From IMG/VR virus record IMGVR_UViG_3300037115_000242: DNA of 24,078 bases. One strand, written 5' to 3'. The notes below the pieces were generated by a model. It worked only from the letters and a program-made list of their open reading frames with translations. It had not been told where the DNA came from and searched no databases. How positions within the stretch are numbered: the stretch's first letter is position 1; the number at the start of each line of letters is the position of its first letter. Shown here in pieces: positions 1-9,308 of this stretch. Origin of the DNA: an uncultured virus (IMG/VR IMGVR_UViG_3300037115_000242) (taxonomy: Duplodnaviria > Heunggongvirae > Uroviricota > Caudoviricetes). The position numbers and the translations under genes are program-made.

Positions 1-61
1 CCGGATAGTGCAACGGGTCGTGCAGCGACTCCCCGAACTTCCAAGATTGACAGGTGGACAT
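1..61 (-). CDS. 5' end of a hypothetical protein running off the window edge (MSTCQSWKFGESLHDPLHYP...)
   Basis: ATG at 61 preceded by a strong AGGAGG Shine-Dalgarno; frame open to position 1. Confidence 0.6.
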   Translation of the reverse strand, partial: MSTCQSWKFGESLHDPLHYP

Positions 62-121
62 CTTCCTCCTAAGGGGACGCCCTAATGCTAGTGACGCAAA
101 TACTTAAATGAGTGGATTGAA

Positions 122-769
122 CTACTGCTGGGCTGGCAGTAAAAGTCGGTACTTGGTCCGCTCGAACAAGGCTGGCTCGATCTCCCACAGTGTGTACTGG
201 TTCCACACCTGTCGTGGCGTCTTCGTTTCGGTGCCGAAGGAAAAGACAGCATCGCGACATTTGTCTCCCTCTTCTTTGGGCAGACTTCTCGCCTGCACAA
301 AAACGTGAGCCATGCGCGACACTTGCTGTAACTCCTCCGGCGGAATCGCCCGAGGACCTTCTTGGATCGCCTGGAACTGCTGACTGAGGAGATTTTGCAA
401 CCCTGGAACGTCCGCTTCGTTGTAGTGATTCTTGCGACGCCACGCGGGACGATGGATGTCCTTCAAACGTTCCTTGTGCTCCTTGACCGCGTCCTTGTAG
501 TACAGGCGAGCACCACCGACGCCTACCGCGAGGTCGGCGACCGCGATGTTGTTAAGCAGGTGGTCGGGCATGTCGACATTCGTCCAGAACTCCAAGACCT
601 GTCGCGCATCGCGAGGAAGAGGCGGGTGAATCGCGGAGCCCTGTGAGTTGTACGACTTGTTGTCGGTCAACTTGACCTCGATGAGGTCAACATCACTTGG
701 CTTGCGGTCTTCTGCAAACTGGCCTCCTATTGGAGTCCCTCTGTGCCGACGTGGAAGATCACTCACCAT
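122..769 (-). CDS. Hypothetical protein with N-terminal GTP-x-GGQF tag
   Basis: 215-aa ORF overlapping the stop of the upstream gene; N-terminus PRRHRGTPIGGQFAEDRKP matches two other ORFs in the window. Confidence 0.8.
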   Translation of the reverse strand: MVSDLPRRHRGTPIGGQFAEDRKPSDVDLIEVKLTDNKSYNSQGSAIHPPLPRDARQVLEFWTNVDMPDHLLNNIAVADLAVGVGGARLYYKDAVKEHKERLKDIHRPAWRRKNHYNEADVPGLQNLLSQQFQAIQEGPRAIPPEELQQVSRMAHVFVQARSLPKEEGDKCRDAVFSFGTETKTPRQVWNQYTLWEIEPALFERTKYRLLLPAQQ

Positions 770-1299
770 GTACTCGATTCATCTAGTCGTTCTTCAAGCG
801 GACTTTCTACGGAGATCGCACTCGGCGCAATGCCAAGTTGTTCTCGGACGATGGCGTCAACGGTCATTGCGAACCAGAGTGAGGCCCACTCGGGACCATC
901 GGTCTCATCGGACAGTCCGACTGATGCGGCGAACTCCCAAAAGATGCTCGCGCCTAAGAGAATGTCGCCGACCGACTCTTGCTTCTCTTTCGGAATCTCT
1001 TGATTCGGGTCGTAGACTTTCCACACGTCATCGAGTAATTCGCGACGCACGTTCGACAAAAAGTTCTTCCACTCTTCGAGAGACTCACTTCCTTCGATGT
1101 ACGCGTGAACCCACTCGGCAAGATCGCTGGCGATTTCCGCGAAGTCGTTGTTGCCTTCATCGGAGAGGAAAGAGTTGGGATACGTCGTTGAACCGACGCA
1201 GAGAGCAACAGTCAACGCGGAGAATTGGCGACATGTTGAATCTTGTGCCCATATGGTCGGCTCGTCACTCGACAGAATGGACAAATCAACAGATGACAT
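763..1299 (-). CDS. Acidic hypothetical protein, probably leaderless
   Basis: 178-aa ORF, D/E-rich; TAGACT lies 6 nt before the ATG and there is no SD. Confidence 0.7.
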   Translation of the reverse strand: MSSVDLSILSSDEPTIWAQDSTCRQFSALTVALCVGSTTYPNSFLSDEGNNDFAEIASDLAEWVHAYIEGSESLEEWKNFLSNVRRELLDDVWKVYDPNQEIPKEKQESVGDILLGASIFWEFAASVGLSDETDGPEWASLWFAMTVDAIVREQLGIAPSAISVESPLEERLDESSTW

Positions 1300-1350
1300 G
1301 CCCGTAGTCTACCCATGCGATGTTGAAAATTGGGTGCTTTTGGTTGCTGA

Positions 1351-1998
1351 TTAGTTGCCCAGTGGTGAAGGTTCGGTGCTCACCAACCACGACCGACCGA
1401 CCTTGGTGAGAGAGACAGAAACCGCGTTCACCGCCGCTCCCGTCACGGGAGGCAGACGTGTCCCGCTACTAGTGAACGAGCCGTACGTCCAGGTGACTTG
1501 CACAACGCAATGAAGGGCGCACGTACCCACTCCTTCGGGCAGTTCTGCATCCGAAATGTATGGATAGATGCCGGTCTTGTCCACCGTTAAGAGCGTCCAC
1601 GCGTTCTTCGATCCAGGGCTGGTGACAGTCCCGTTATGCGTGCTGTCGTAGGCGTAGAACGACGGAGTCTCAAAGGGCTTCGCGAGCACGTCTTCGCCGT
1701 GAAGAATGTTCGGCCACTTGTAGAACTCCGAGTAATAGTTCGTGACCCATTGAGCCGCCGACCAGATCACTGACCCTTTGTCGTTGATGCCATCAGGACC
1801 CGACGGTCCTGTCGTGAAGAGTGTGGTCGTCGTCGTTCCCGGCTTGGTAGTCGTCGTGCTTGGTGACGTCGTAGTCGTTGCGCTTGCTCCACCTCCGGGG
1901 TACGTGGGTGTCGGCGTAGAACGACTCGTGAAATACCAGATGACTGACGTGAGTACGACGACCACGACAACGAGATAGATGACTCCAGTCCGTCTCAT
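1351..1998 (-). CDS. Membrane-anchored exported protein, TcpC/VirB8-like candidate
   Basis: N-terminal TM helix, Thr/Pro linker, C-terminal strand pattern ending VSLTKVGRSWLVS typical of NTF2-like folds; last gene of the transfer operon. Confidence 0.5.
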   Translation of the reverse strand: MRRTGVIYLVVVVVVLTSVIWYFTSRSTPTPTYPGGGASATTTTSPSTTTTKPGTTTTTLFTTGPSGPDGINDKGSVIWSAAQWVTNYYSEFYKWPNILHGEDVLAKPFETPSFYAYDSTHNGTVTSPGSKNAWTLLTVDKTGIYPYISDAELPEGVGTCALHCVVQVTWTYGSFTSSGTRLPPVTGAAVNAVSVSLTKVGRSWLVSTEPSPLGN

Positions 1999-2240
1999 TT
2001 GACTGACCGATGTTCACATACCGTCTGCACGCGAATTGGATAAGCGGCGGGACACGGTTTTCCAGGGGCGCGTTCTATGTACGTGATCGTCACACCCGAC
2101 GTAGTAGTCGTGAGGTTTGAACTCGTGTTCGCTCCACCTCCGACGTACGTGACGGTTTTAAGTGAGCCCGAAAGAAAGAAGGCGAGAGCCATGACCACAA
2201 TGACTACTCCAGATATCCAAAGAGCGGTAGAGCGTTTCAT
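1995..2240 (-). CDS. Small single-TM protein
   Basis: 81 aa, N-terminal hydrophobic helix, C-terminal Cys pair; ATGA overlap with the next gene. Confidence 0.7.
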   Translation of the reverse strand: MKRSTALWISGVVIVVMALAFFLSGSLKTVTYVGGGANTSSNLTTTTSGVTITYIERAPGKPCPAAYPIRVQTVCEHRSVK

Positions 2241-2480
2241 TTACTTGGCCCTCTGTAGATGAGTGTTGATGAAGTTGCGGATGTGAGGAATGATATTTGC
2301 TCCGTTGTGCGTGTAGAGGTACCACGTCACGGCGATCACCACCACGATGAGAATCACCGAGATCAGTCGAGAGAATATCTTGCTCGCCACCGAGAGGAGG
2401 GCTATGAGGATGAGGGCGATGACAATGTGTGGTCCGGTGAGTAACTTCATTTGACTGTTCTCTAACCCCAAGAAATTCAC
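2241..2480 (-). CDS. Small two-TM membrane protein
   Basis: 79 aa hydrophobic hairpin; GTGA overlap with the hydrolase stop, abuts the next gene. Confidence 0.7.
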   Translation of the reverse strand: MNFLGLENSQMKLLTGPHIVIALILIALLSVASKIFSRLISVILIVVVIAVTWYLYTHNGANIIPHIRNFINTHLQRAK

Positions 2481-5176
2481 GCCGCCGCTCCCCCGCCTTC
2501 AAAGCCGTCGCTATACCAAGGAATGATCTGGACGTCGCTGCCTTCTTCAGGAGCCTGAATGATCATTGGCGTGAACGTGGTGACCGTCTGCGTGAACGTG
2601 TTGCCGGTCGGACTGCCCGAGCACGTCGTTGACAACTCCACCAAGCCCGACATCACCTTGGACGTCACACACGAAGAGACAGTGCTGGTTGTGGGCGTGC
2701 CGGTCTGGACCATCCCGAGGAACATCACCACGTGATCGGGAAGTCCCGTTGAGTCAGGGAAGTAGAAGAGGAGGTCACCCGGTTCCATCGTGGTCATGTC
2801 CTGGGAGATACCCGACTGCGCTTGCACGTACTCGTACTGCGCCTGTGACGTTCGAGGCAACGCGACTCCGGCTTTGCCAAAGGAGTATTGGACAAGACCC
2901 GAGCAGTCGAATCCGGGGTCTCCGGTCTGCGTCGCGTACTCAGCGGAGCACGGGTTTCCTGATCCGTAGATCGCGGTCGAGACGACGAAGCCTCCAGAGC
3001 ACGCGGGTGCGCCGTACCCAGCAAGCCCCATGCCTACGCCCGCTGTGCCACCGCCACCGTAGACGTACGGGATGCCAACTTCTGTCTTCGCGGTAGTGAC
3101 GGCGAGTTGCGCCTGCGGACTTCCACCGGGCACGTTGGGAATGTTTGATCCGTAGTTGCACGAGGGCAATGTGTCGGTGAGGCTCTGCACAATGAGTGCC
3201 GCCGCTGACGACCACGGTTGGAGCACGGACACTGACGTCCCGAGCGTCGCGGCCTGTGCCGCTGGTGAAGCACTACGAATCTTGTCGCCCGACAAGAACT
3301 GAGAAACCGCATCGGGCACACTGGTGATGTCGTTGCCGAAGACGCCCGTCGTTGGGTAAAGAGAACTTTGTCCCAGCGTCGATCCAGTGAGTGCGTCAAT
3401 GATCATCGCCTCTTCCGTCGAACTGTTCGCGCCACGAGCCTTGGCAACATTCACGATCTTCTCCGCCAACTGCAACTGCCCCTGTGTGAGCACCAAGGTG
3501 CCGGTAGGACTGGAGACAGTGAGTGAGGTTGGTTGTGAGCCGCCCGTACCGCACGACTGATTTGCCTGAGGAGACCATCCCGCCGCCCAGTCGGTTGCCA
3601 AAAGATAGATGTTCTGATCCATCGTCACGGAGTTGTTCGCAATAGGCAACATGCCAAGAGCCTTGACGACGGCAGAGCGAAGACTCTGCGCCGCCGAGTT
3701 CGTTGGGTCGAACGTCGGTATGACGAGACCGTTCGAGTTCACTCCTTGCAACAGGCTCACGTTGCCTTCGGCTTTTGACTTGTAGAGGTCCTTCGCCAGC
3801 GTGGTGCCGAACCACTCTGAAGAAAGCGAGAGGCTGGTCGCGCTCGCTGCGGGGAGAGCGGTCGTCGTGACGCAATATGGTCCACTGGACTCTGCCGGAC
3901 ACGTGCCACTGCTCGTAGACGAAGGATTCGACGCCGACGTCTTCAGGGCAGTCCCCGTGTACGATCCGGGCACCTCAACGCCAGGGGCTATGGCCGAGAT
4001 AGTGGGCGGTGGACTCTTGCCAGGAGCATTGATCGTGCAAGCATCGTCCCACCCTGGATAGAAACTGTTGGGGTGATTATTGAGGATGAAGAGGGCCGCA
4101 GCATTCTGCGCTGCCGGGGTTGCTTGGTACGGTTGCGACGCACCATATTGCGTGGAGAAACCGTCCGCCACCCACGTTGACTCAAGGATGCCGTACGCAC
4201 CCGATGGCGCACTCGCGCTGTTGTATGCATCACCGGATTCCGCTTGACGAATGCACGCCCAGTCCGCCGTGTCAATGGTGGAGTAGTCCGTCGATGACGG
4301 GTCGATGGTGGCTGGCACTGATCCGTTGCGGCCTACCGCACAGTCAATGCCGACTCCGACGTAACCAACCGACGACACGCACGCACTCGTCGTCGGGGTT
4401 GCTGCCGTACCCGTGCTACTAGGACTCGATGAACCCGCCGACGAAGCGGTGAGAGGAACGACCGATGGGCAAATCGAGTCTGGTGCCGAACCAGCCGGAC
4501 ACGCTCCTCCCGTCTGCGCAACATTGGACCCGACTCCCGTTTCGTAATAGACCGTCGCCGCCATCAACTCCCACGGCGTGATTGATGATTCCGCCGCGTC
4601 CTGAATCGACGCGAGGTTGTTCGCTGGCTCACCCGTACTCGTCGTGGCCGATGAGGTCTGCTGGGCGTTGTTGGCAATGAGTGAGTTCACGGTGGCACCC
4701 ACGCCGAGCAACAGACTGATCCACAAGAAGACAGGCAAGAGCGGCAAGAAGATCAGCGCCAGTATCCAACGACCCTTGGTCGTCGTGAGGACACCTTTGA
4801 CGAGGCCAACGGCTGCACCTTGAAGACCGCCGCCGACGACCGCACCTTCGGCGGACTTTCCGGTGGCCCCCTTAACAGTGTCCTTGAGGATTTTCCCGGT
4901 CTTCGCCTTGGCCGACGTGTTCTTGTTGGCGTCACGTTCCGCCTTGAGACCTTTCGGAGTGAGACCCTTGGCGTCAGGCACACCGACTTTCTTCGCGACC
5001 TTGCCACCGACCTTCTTGGCCGCTTCCGATCCTGCCTTCTTCGTGGCTCCAGCACTCTCTTTGCCGGGTGGTGGCCCAATCGCCTTGTGCTTCTTCTCTA
5101 CGTTCAGCGGAGGTTTGCGACTAGAGACTTTCTTGCCCGCATTCGATGCGGCGTTGGGAAGCCGTGGATCAGACAT
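2477..5176 (-). CDS. Multi-domain conjugative peptidoglycan hydrolase (TM, Rpf-like transglycosylase, C-terminal NlpC/P60)
   Basis: NlpC/P60 motifs GIPYVYGG, GFDCSGLVQY, LPRTSQAQY, PGDLLF, HVVMFLG; Rpf-like WACIRQAESG...GAYGILESTW...ATPAAQ; Lys-rich N-terminus followed by a TM helix. Confidence 0.88.
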   Translation of the reverse strand: MSDPRLPNAASNAGKKVSSRKPPLNVEKKHKAIGPPPGKESAGATKKAGSEAAKKVGGKVAKKVGVPDAKGLTPKGLKAERDANKNTSAKAKTGKILKDTVKGATGKSAEGAVVGGGLQGAAVGLVKGVLTTTKGRWILALIFLPLLPVFLWISLLLGVGATVNSLIANNAQQTSSATTSTGEPANNLASIQDAAESSITPWELMAATVYYETGVGSNVAQTGGACPAGSAPDSICPSVVPLTASSAGSSSPSSTGTAATPTTSACVSSVGYVGVGIDCAVGRNGSVPATIDPSSTDYSTIDTADWACIRQAESGDAYNSASAPSGAYGILESTWVADGFSTQYGASQPYQATPAAQNAAALFILNNHPNSFYPGWDDACTINAPGKSPPPTISAIAPGVEVPGSYTGTALKTSASNPSSTSSGTCPAESSGPYCVTTTALPAASATSLSLSSEWFGTTLAKDLYKSKAEGNVSLLQGVNSNGLVIPTFDPTNSAAQSLRSAVVKALGMLPIANNSVTMDQNIYLLATDWAAGWSPQANQSCGTGGSQPTSLTVSSPTGTLVLTQGQLQLAEKIVNVAKARGANSSTEEAMIIDALTGSTLGQSSLYPTTGVFGNDITSVPDAVSQFLSGDKIRSASPAAQAATLGTSVSVLQPWSSAAALIVQSLTDTLPSCNYGSNIPNVPGGSPQAQLAVTTAKTEVGIPYVYGGGGTAGVGMGLAGYGAPACSGGFVVSTAIYGSGNPCSAEYATQTGDPGFDCSGLVQYSFGKAGVALPRTSQAQYEYVQAQSGISQDMTTMEPGDLLFYFPDSTGLPDHVVMFLGMVQTGTPTTSTVSSCVTSKVMSGLVELSTTCSGSPTGNTFTQTVTTFTPMIIQAPEEGSDVQIIPWYSDGFEGGGAAA

Positions 5177-5179
5177 GGA

Positions 5180-8100
5180 CTACGACTCGTTCATCTCATC
5201 AAAGAAGTGATCCGCTCGTCGATTGAACTCTTCGTTGTCAGCCTCTCTACGAGCATCGTCGTCTTGGCGGGCTGGCGCTACGTCGGGATCGAGCGGGTTG
5301 CCTGAGGAGCGTTCTCTTGGATCAACTGGCTCGCGTGTCGGAGTCTCTCCGCCGGTCTCGACATGAACGGTGCGACTCGTGGGGGTTTGCCATTCGTTCA
5401 AGCGTCGATTGGTGGCATCAACCTCATCAGGGCTCAAGACGTGAGCGTCGTCTGCCGTCGTGTATCTACCATCGGGCGACGTCGTGGGTCCTTGATCGTC
5501 TGGCGTCAATACAGAAGGTTGACGAACAGACCTATCCGGCTTGGTGATTCCATGACGACGAGTGTGCAACTTACGACCAACCGCCGCCGCGCCCACCGCA
5601 CCAGCCGCAATTGCCCCGAGACCAAGAACGCCTGCGCCGACGGGGGCCATCGCAAGACCCACCGTGCCAATCGCGGCATACTTGGCTGACTTTCTACCGG
5701 CGACCGCAACCTTCCCCATTACCGACTTACCCCTCATTGCCTCAAGTGGATGAGGTCCTACGTACTTGGCACCGTTGACCAATCTACTGCCCACCGCTTT
5801 CGCGGTATCTTTCGCTCCGGCGACGCGATGAGTTGCCCCTTCTGCATCACGCTTGCTCATCTTCGCCCGAGCCGCCGCCGAGAAGTTCTTCGCTCTCGCC
5901 GCTGCTGAAACCTTGGTCGTCCCTCGTCCACCGGCTGTCGCACCCTCGACACCAGCGGCGGCTTGTGTAGCGGCTAAACCTTCGGTGGTCGTATCGCCGC
6001 CGGTTGGAGTTCCTCCGGTATCACTGTCTCCGCTGGGCGCTCCAGAACCGGCATCATGCTCTCCGGCTTTCCCGGCACCACTTCCGCTTCCACCGCGACC
6101 TCCACCAGACATTCCGCCTCGACGGTGTCGACCACCACCTCGACGACCAGCAATGGCACCAGCACCAGGTACGCCGTTGTTCGATGCGTAGTTGCCCGCC
6201 ATACGACGAGCCTTGGCCCAGTGACTCTCCAGTTCAGCGCCACCGATGGCACCCAGTGTTCCGGCTGATGCCGCGTATCCCATCACGCTCGATGGCTTGA
6301 AGGGAGACGGAGCCTTCAGAACTTTCTTGAAGAACATGTGGATGATATAGATGGAGACGAGTGGGCAAAGTCCGATCCACAGCAGAGCGAAGATCGAACC
6401 TGGTCCTGCTAGCGCCGAACCAACCGTCGCGAGCATTGATGAGATGCCCGCGATAACTGAAAGCACGAGTCCCACGCACGTTGAGAAGATGACCAGGCTC
6501 AACGTCTTCTTCGCCATCATCAAGAACTTGCCTTCGCTGTTCGCAAACGGCAACAGCATGAAGATCAGCATGATGGGCAACATCAAGAGAAGTAAGAGGA
6601 GCGCGATCTTAGAGATGAGCAACGCAATGGAGAGTCCGAAGAAGACCAGCATGATGATGGTCGAGGAGAACAGGAACAGGAGAGCCGCCGTCTCCGCACT
6701 GACGTTCGACGTGCCGTGCAAGTTGTTCAAGTAATCGGCAATGCCCGCTCCGTACTGCTCTCCGTTGATCGTGCTGGCCGGAGCGCCATCGACCGTCAGA
6801 CTGCTGGGAACTGTGCCCGAGGTATCGCTCTCGATGTTGGCCGGAGTTGCCGCCCACCAGTTGAAGACTGAGTAGTCGGAGTTCGCGATGCCACCGGCCA
6901 TCACCGTCGGCGTCCCGTACGTTGTGCCGCCGTTGTCGTGCACCGGGGTCTCAAAGAATGCTTGACAGTCGTCTGCCGCCACCGCTGCGCTGCCGCTCGG
7001 GGTGACGCTGTTGTCTACTTGGGTCCATTCGGAAGGGCTGATGAGACCACCACTCTGCACGTCCCACTCCATTGGCGTGTCGGTACTCGCGTTGGTTTGA
7101 CACGCGGCCCAACCGACCATCGATTCGTCTTGCGTCTGCGGAGAGATCGCACCGTTCCACGCGAGTGACGACGACGACGAAGAACCGGTGCTACCAAGAA
7201 TCCCGCCGCTCACGGCCCCCGAACTTTGATCGTACGTTCCGGCGAGAGAGGGCGACTCCGAGAGAGCAATCGCCGCGCTCTCCATCTGCGCCTGATATCT
7301 CGGACGGATACCCGCGTTCTGTTCAAGAAGGTGACAGTACGAGAGCAAGCCGAAGTTGTTGCTCGAACCGAACTGCTCCTCGACGTAAGTAGGAACCGCG
7401 AGACCCTCCCACAGTGTGTTGAGGGCTATGGGGACAGCGGCGTAGTTCGAGCCCACACCAGCACTGCCTCCATCGGCGGCGGAGACTCCGCCCGCCGCGC
7501 CCGAGTAGGTGTCAACGAGAGCCTCGTTGTAGTAGTAGCAGTTGAGCGGATCGCCAAGAGCCTGTCCGCCGCCATTCGCCCCAATGCCCGACACGGCAGC
7601 GGCCATGAGTTCGGTTGGTTTGGATGTGATCGCACTCACGGTTCCGTACACGGTATTGAGTATCCACGCGGGAGAGAAGGTGGGATCGGGATTTGTCGCC
7701 GTTGTCGCTGACGAAGCGTTGATCATCAAGGTGAAAATCGCCACCACAACGACAATGCGAAAGAGACTGCTGAGGAGACCTTTGCCACTGCCGCGTATCC
7801 GACTGATGAGCAGAGCCACGAGAGCGACGATGACGACAATGACGATGATGTTGCCCTGGACGAGCGCATTGTCAAACGCCGCCGACGCACTGTCCACCGC
7901 CGTGCCGACTGATGACGAGATGCAGAAATTGTTCGCGAACTCTGTTGATGAGACACCGAGCCCCCACTCGGTGTCGCCTGCTGACATTAGCGGGGAGATC
8001 AGTCCACTGCGCTGGGCGTAGGCAATGTCGTTGCCGATGTTGAAGCCGAGTGAAAGATCGGTGTGCGTCGTTCCGAGCGAGCCAAGCCAACGATTCGCTG

Positions 8101-8353
8101 GCAGGTAGTTCGATGCGGTGGTCGAGGCCGCGACACTGCTTGCGGTTGAGGTCGGACAAAGAGTCGTAGCCCCGGTGGTCGCGGCGGGAGTGGTGGTGGG
8201 TGGTGTCGTTCCGGCTGATGCGGACGAGACGGCGATGAAGAGGGGAAAGATCGAGGCAACGAGTAGCGCAAGGAAGCCTTTAACTACTCGTTGAGACCAC
8301 ACCTTTCTCATGCTTTCGTCTTTCTTCACGCATTCTGGTCGCTCCGTTTGCAC
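5180..8353 (-). CDS. Large polytopic conjugation membrane protein, VirB6/TcpH-like (alternative start ATG 8311)
   Basis: Signal-like N-terminus, several TM clusters, large extracellular Cys-containing loop, Gly-rich/charged cytoplasmic tail; lies between pilin-like and hydrolase genes. Confidence 0.65.
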   Translation of the reverse strand: MQTERPECVKKDESMRKVWSQRVVKGFLALLVASIFPLFIAVSSASAGTTPPTTTPAATTGATTLCPTSTASSVAASTTASNYLPANRWLGSLGTTHTDLSLGFNIGNDIAYAQRSGLISPLMSAGDTEWGLGVSSTEFANNFCISSSVGTAVDSASAAFDNALVQGNIIVIVVIVALVALLISRIRGSGKGLLSSLFRIVVVVAIFTLMINASSATTATNPDPTFSPAWILNTVYGTVSAITSKPTELMAAAVSGIGANGGGQALGDPLNCYYYNEALVDTYSGAAGGVSAADGGSAGVGSNYAAVPIALNTLWEGLAVPTYVEEQFGSSNNFGLLSYCHLLEQNAGIRPRYQAQMESAAIALSESPSLAGTYDQSSGAVSGGILGSTGSSSSSSLAWNGAISPQTQDESMVGWAACQTNASTDTPMEWDVQSGGLISPSEWTQVDNSVTPSGSAAVAADDCQAFFETPVHDNGGTTYGTPTVMAGGIANSDYSVFNWWAATPANIESDTSGTVPSSLTVDGAPASTINGEQYGAGIADYLNNLHGTSNVSAETAALLFLFSSTIIMLVFFGLSIALLISKIALLLLLLMLPIMLIFMLLPFANSEGKFLMMAKKTLSLVIFSTCVGLVLSVIAGISSMLATVGSALAGPGSIFALLWIGLCPLVSIYIIHMFFKKVLKAPSPFKPSSVMGYAASAGTLGAIGGAELESHWAKARRMAGNYASNNGVPGAGAIAGRRGGGRHRRGGMSGGGRGGSGSGAGKAGEHDAGSGAPSGDSDTGGTPTGGDTTTEGLAATQAAAGVEGATAGGRGTTKVSAAARAKNFSAAARAKMSKRDAEGATHRVAGAKDTAKAVGSRLVNGAKYVGPHPLEAMRGKSVMGKVAVAGRKSAKYAAIGTVGLAMAPVGAGVLGLGAIAAGAVGAAAVGRKLHTRRHGITKPDRSVRQPSVLTPDDQGPTTSPDGRYTTADDAHVLSPDEVDATNRRLNEWQTPTSRTVHVETGGETPTREPVDPRERSSGNPLDPDVAPARQDDDARREADNEEFNRRADHFFDEMNES

Positions 8354-8366
8354 ACCTTGAGTGGGC

Positions 8367-8669
8367 TTATCCGCCGAATGCCTTTAGAACGATATTGCAA
8401 ATCCCATCAACAACGTCCAAGAGGTAGCCGATGAACGTGCTGGGGTCCGACAGAATCATTCCGAGGATCACGGTCAGAATCAATCCAATGTGATTCCCTC
8501 GCTGGCCTTTGCGACGGTCCATGATGTACTTGACCGCCGAGAAGATGACCAAGAGCACACCAACGAAAGCCATCCACTTCGTGACCACTCCGATGCCAGA
8601 GGCTCCACTCAAGGTGGTCCAAAAACTCTGCCAACTGGAGGTGAAGTCCACGGTCGCTGCTACTAACAT
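8367..8669 (-). CDS. Pilin-like (VirB2-like) two-TM protein
   Basis: 100 aa, two hydrophobic helices separated by a basic loop RRKGQRG; SD AAGGGAG; leads the transfer operon. Confidence 0.55.
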   Translation of the reverse strand: MLVAATVDFTSSWQSFWTTLSGASGIGVVTKWMAFVGVLLVIFSAVKYIMDRRKGQRGNHIGLILTVILGMILSDPSTFIGYLLDVVDGICNIVLKAFGG

Positions 8670-8700
8670 TGGTGACTCCCTTTAGTTCGTCTGTTCTTTG

Positions 8701-8710
8701 TTATGGGTGC
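8701..8710 (-). promoter_or_regulatory. GCACCCATAA motif, copy 1
   Basis: Exact 10-mer, intergenic, 31 nt upstream of ATG 8669. Confidence 0.6.
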
Positions 8711-8733
8711 GAGATGACGAATTTCTCATACCT

Positions 8734-8874
8734 TTAGATGCCGAACGCAGTGAGAATCGCAAACACGACGAGTAACGCCGCTATTCCGAGGATCACGTAG
8801 AGGCCACGACCGTCCCGCCACTCCGCAATTTCCCGTTTTTCTCTCGCTGTTTTAGAGAACTTCTCTTCGTTCAT
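8734..8874 (-). CDS. 46-aa tail-anchored membrane peptide (MNEEKFSKTAREKREIAEWRDGRGLYVILGIAALLVVFAILTAFGI), below the ORF-track cutoff
   Basis: Hand-translated; ATGA overlap with the stop at 8871; clean C-terminal TM; fills the gap. Confidence 0.75.
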   Translation of the reverse strand: MNEEKFSKTAREKREIAEWRDGRGLYVILGIAALLVVFAILTAFGI

Positions 8875-9308
8875 CCCTGCAAGAGTACATCGGAATAATC
8901 TCCGGCTGGGCGACTATCGAGCATTGGATTGGGCATTGAACTGGAGACCAACGTTCCCCATTTTCCACCCAAAGGATCGACTTGAACGCCACAACACGTG
9001 AACTTGCCCACGTTTGAACGACGTCGGTCGAGAAGTGACTGATATTGACGAAGGTGAAGACCACTCCTCGTCCTGCTTTCGATGAGCCAGAACACTGCAC
9101 CTTCAATGATGAACAGCATGGAGAAGCCGTAGGTGCCGATCAATTGATACGCGATGAGTGAGGCGAAAAGACCGGGAAGAAATCCGATGGCCGCGATGAT
9201 GAGACCCCGAGCCGGTAAGTCGAGACCTTGGATCACGACTCGACGTTGCGACGATGACTTACGTGTGAGGTTGGTGAGGGTATAGACCTTCATCCGGGCA
9301 AGGGCCAC
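8871..9308 (-). CDS. TcpE/PrgI/VirB3-like conjugation membrane protein
   Basis: 145 aa; basic N-terminus KVYTLT...IQGLDLP, two TM helices, basic tail; upstream of pilin-like and VirB6-like genes. Confidence 0.55.
   Translation of the reverse strand: MALARMKVYTLTNLTRKSSSQRRVVIQGLDLPARGLIIAAIGFLPGLFASLIAYQLIGTYGFSMLFIIEGAVFWLIESRTRSGLHLRQYQSLLDRRRSNVGKFTCCGVQVDPLGGKWGTLVSSSMPNPMLDSRPAGDYSDVLLQG

Noticed and set aside
1328..1337. GCACCCAATT as a firm fourth promoter copy
   Set aside because: Two mismatches, and the downstream gene already has a leaderless TAGACT -10; kept only as tentative
1820..1900. GTC/GTG trinucleotide-like repeats here and in other Thr/Ser/Gly-rich stretches
   Set aside because: Explained by low-complexity protein linkers; no CRISPR-like repeat-spacer periodicity seen anywhere
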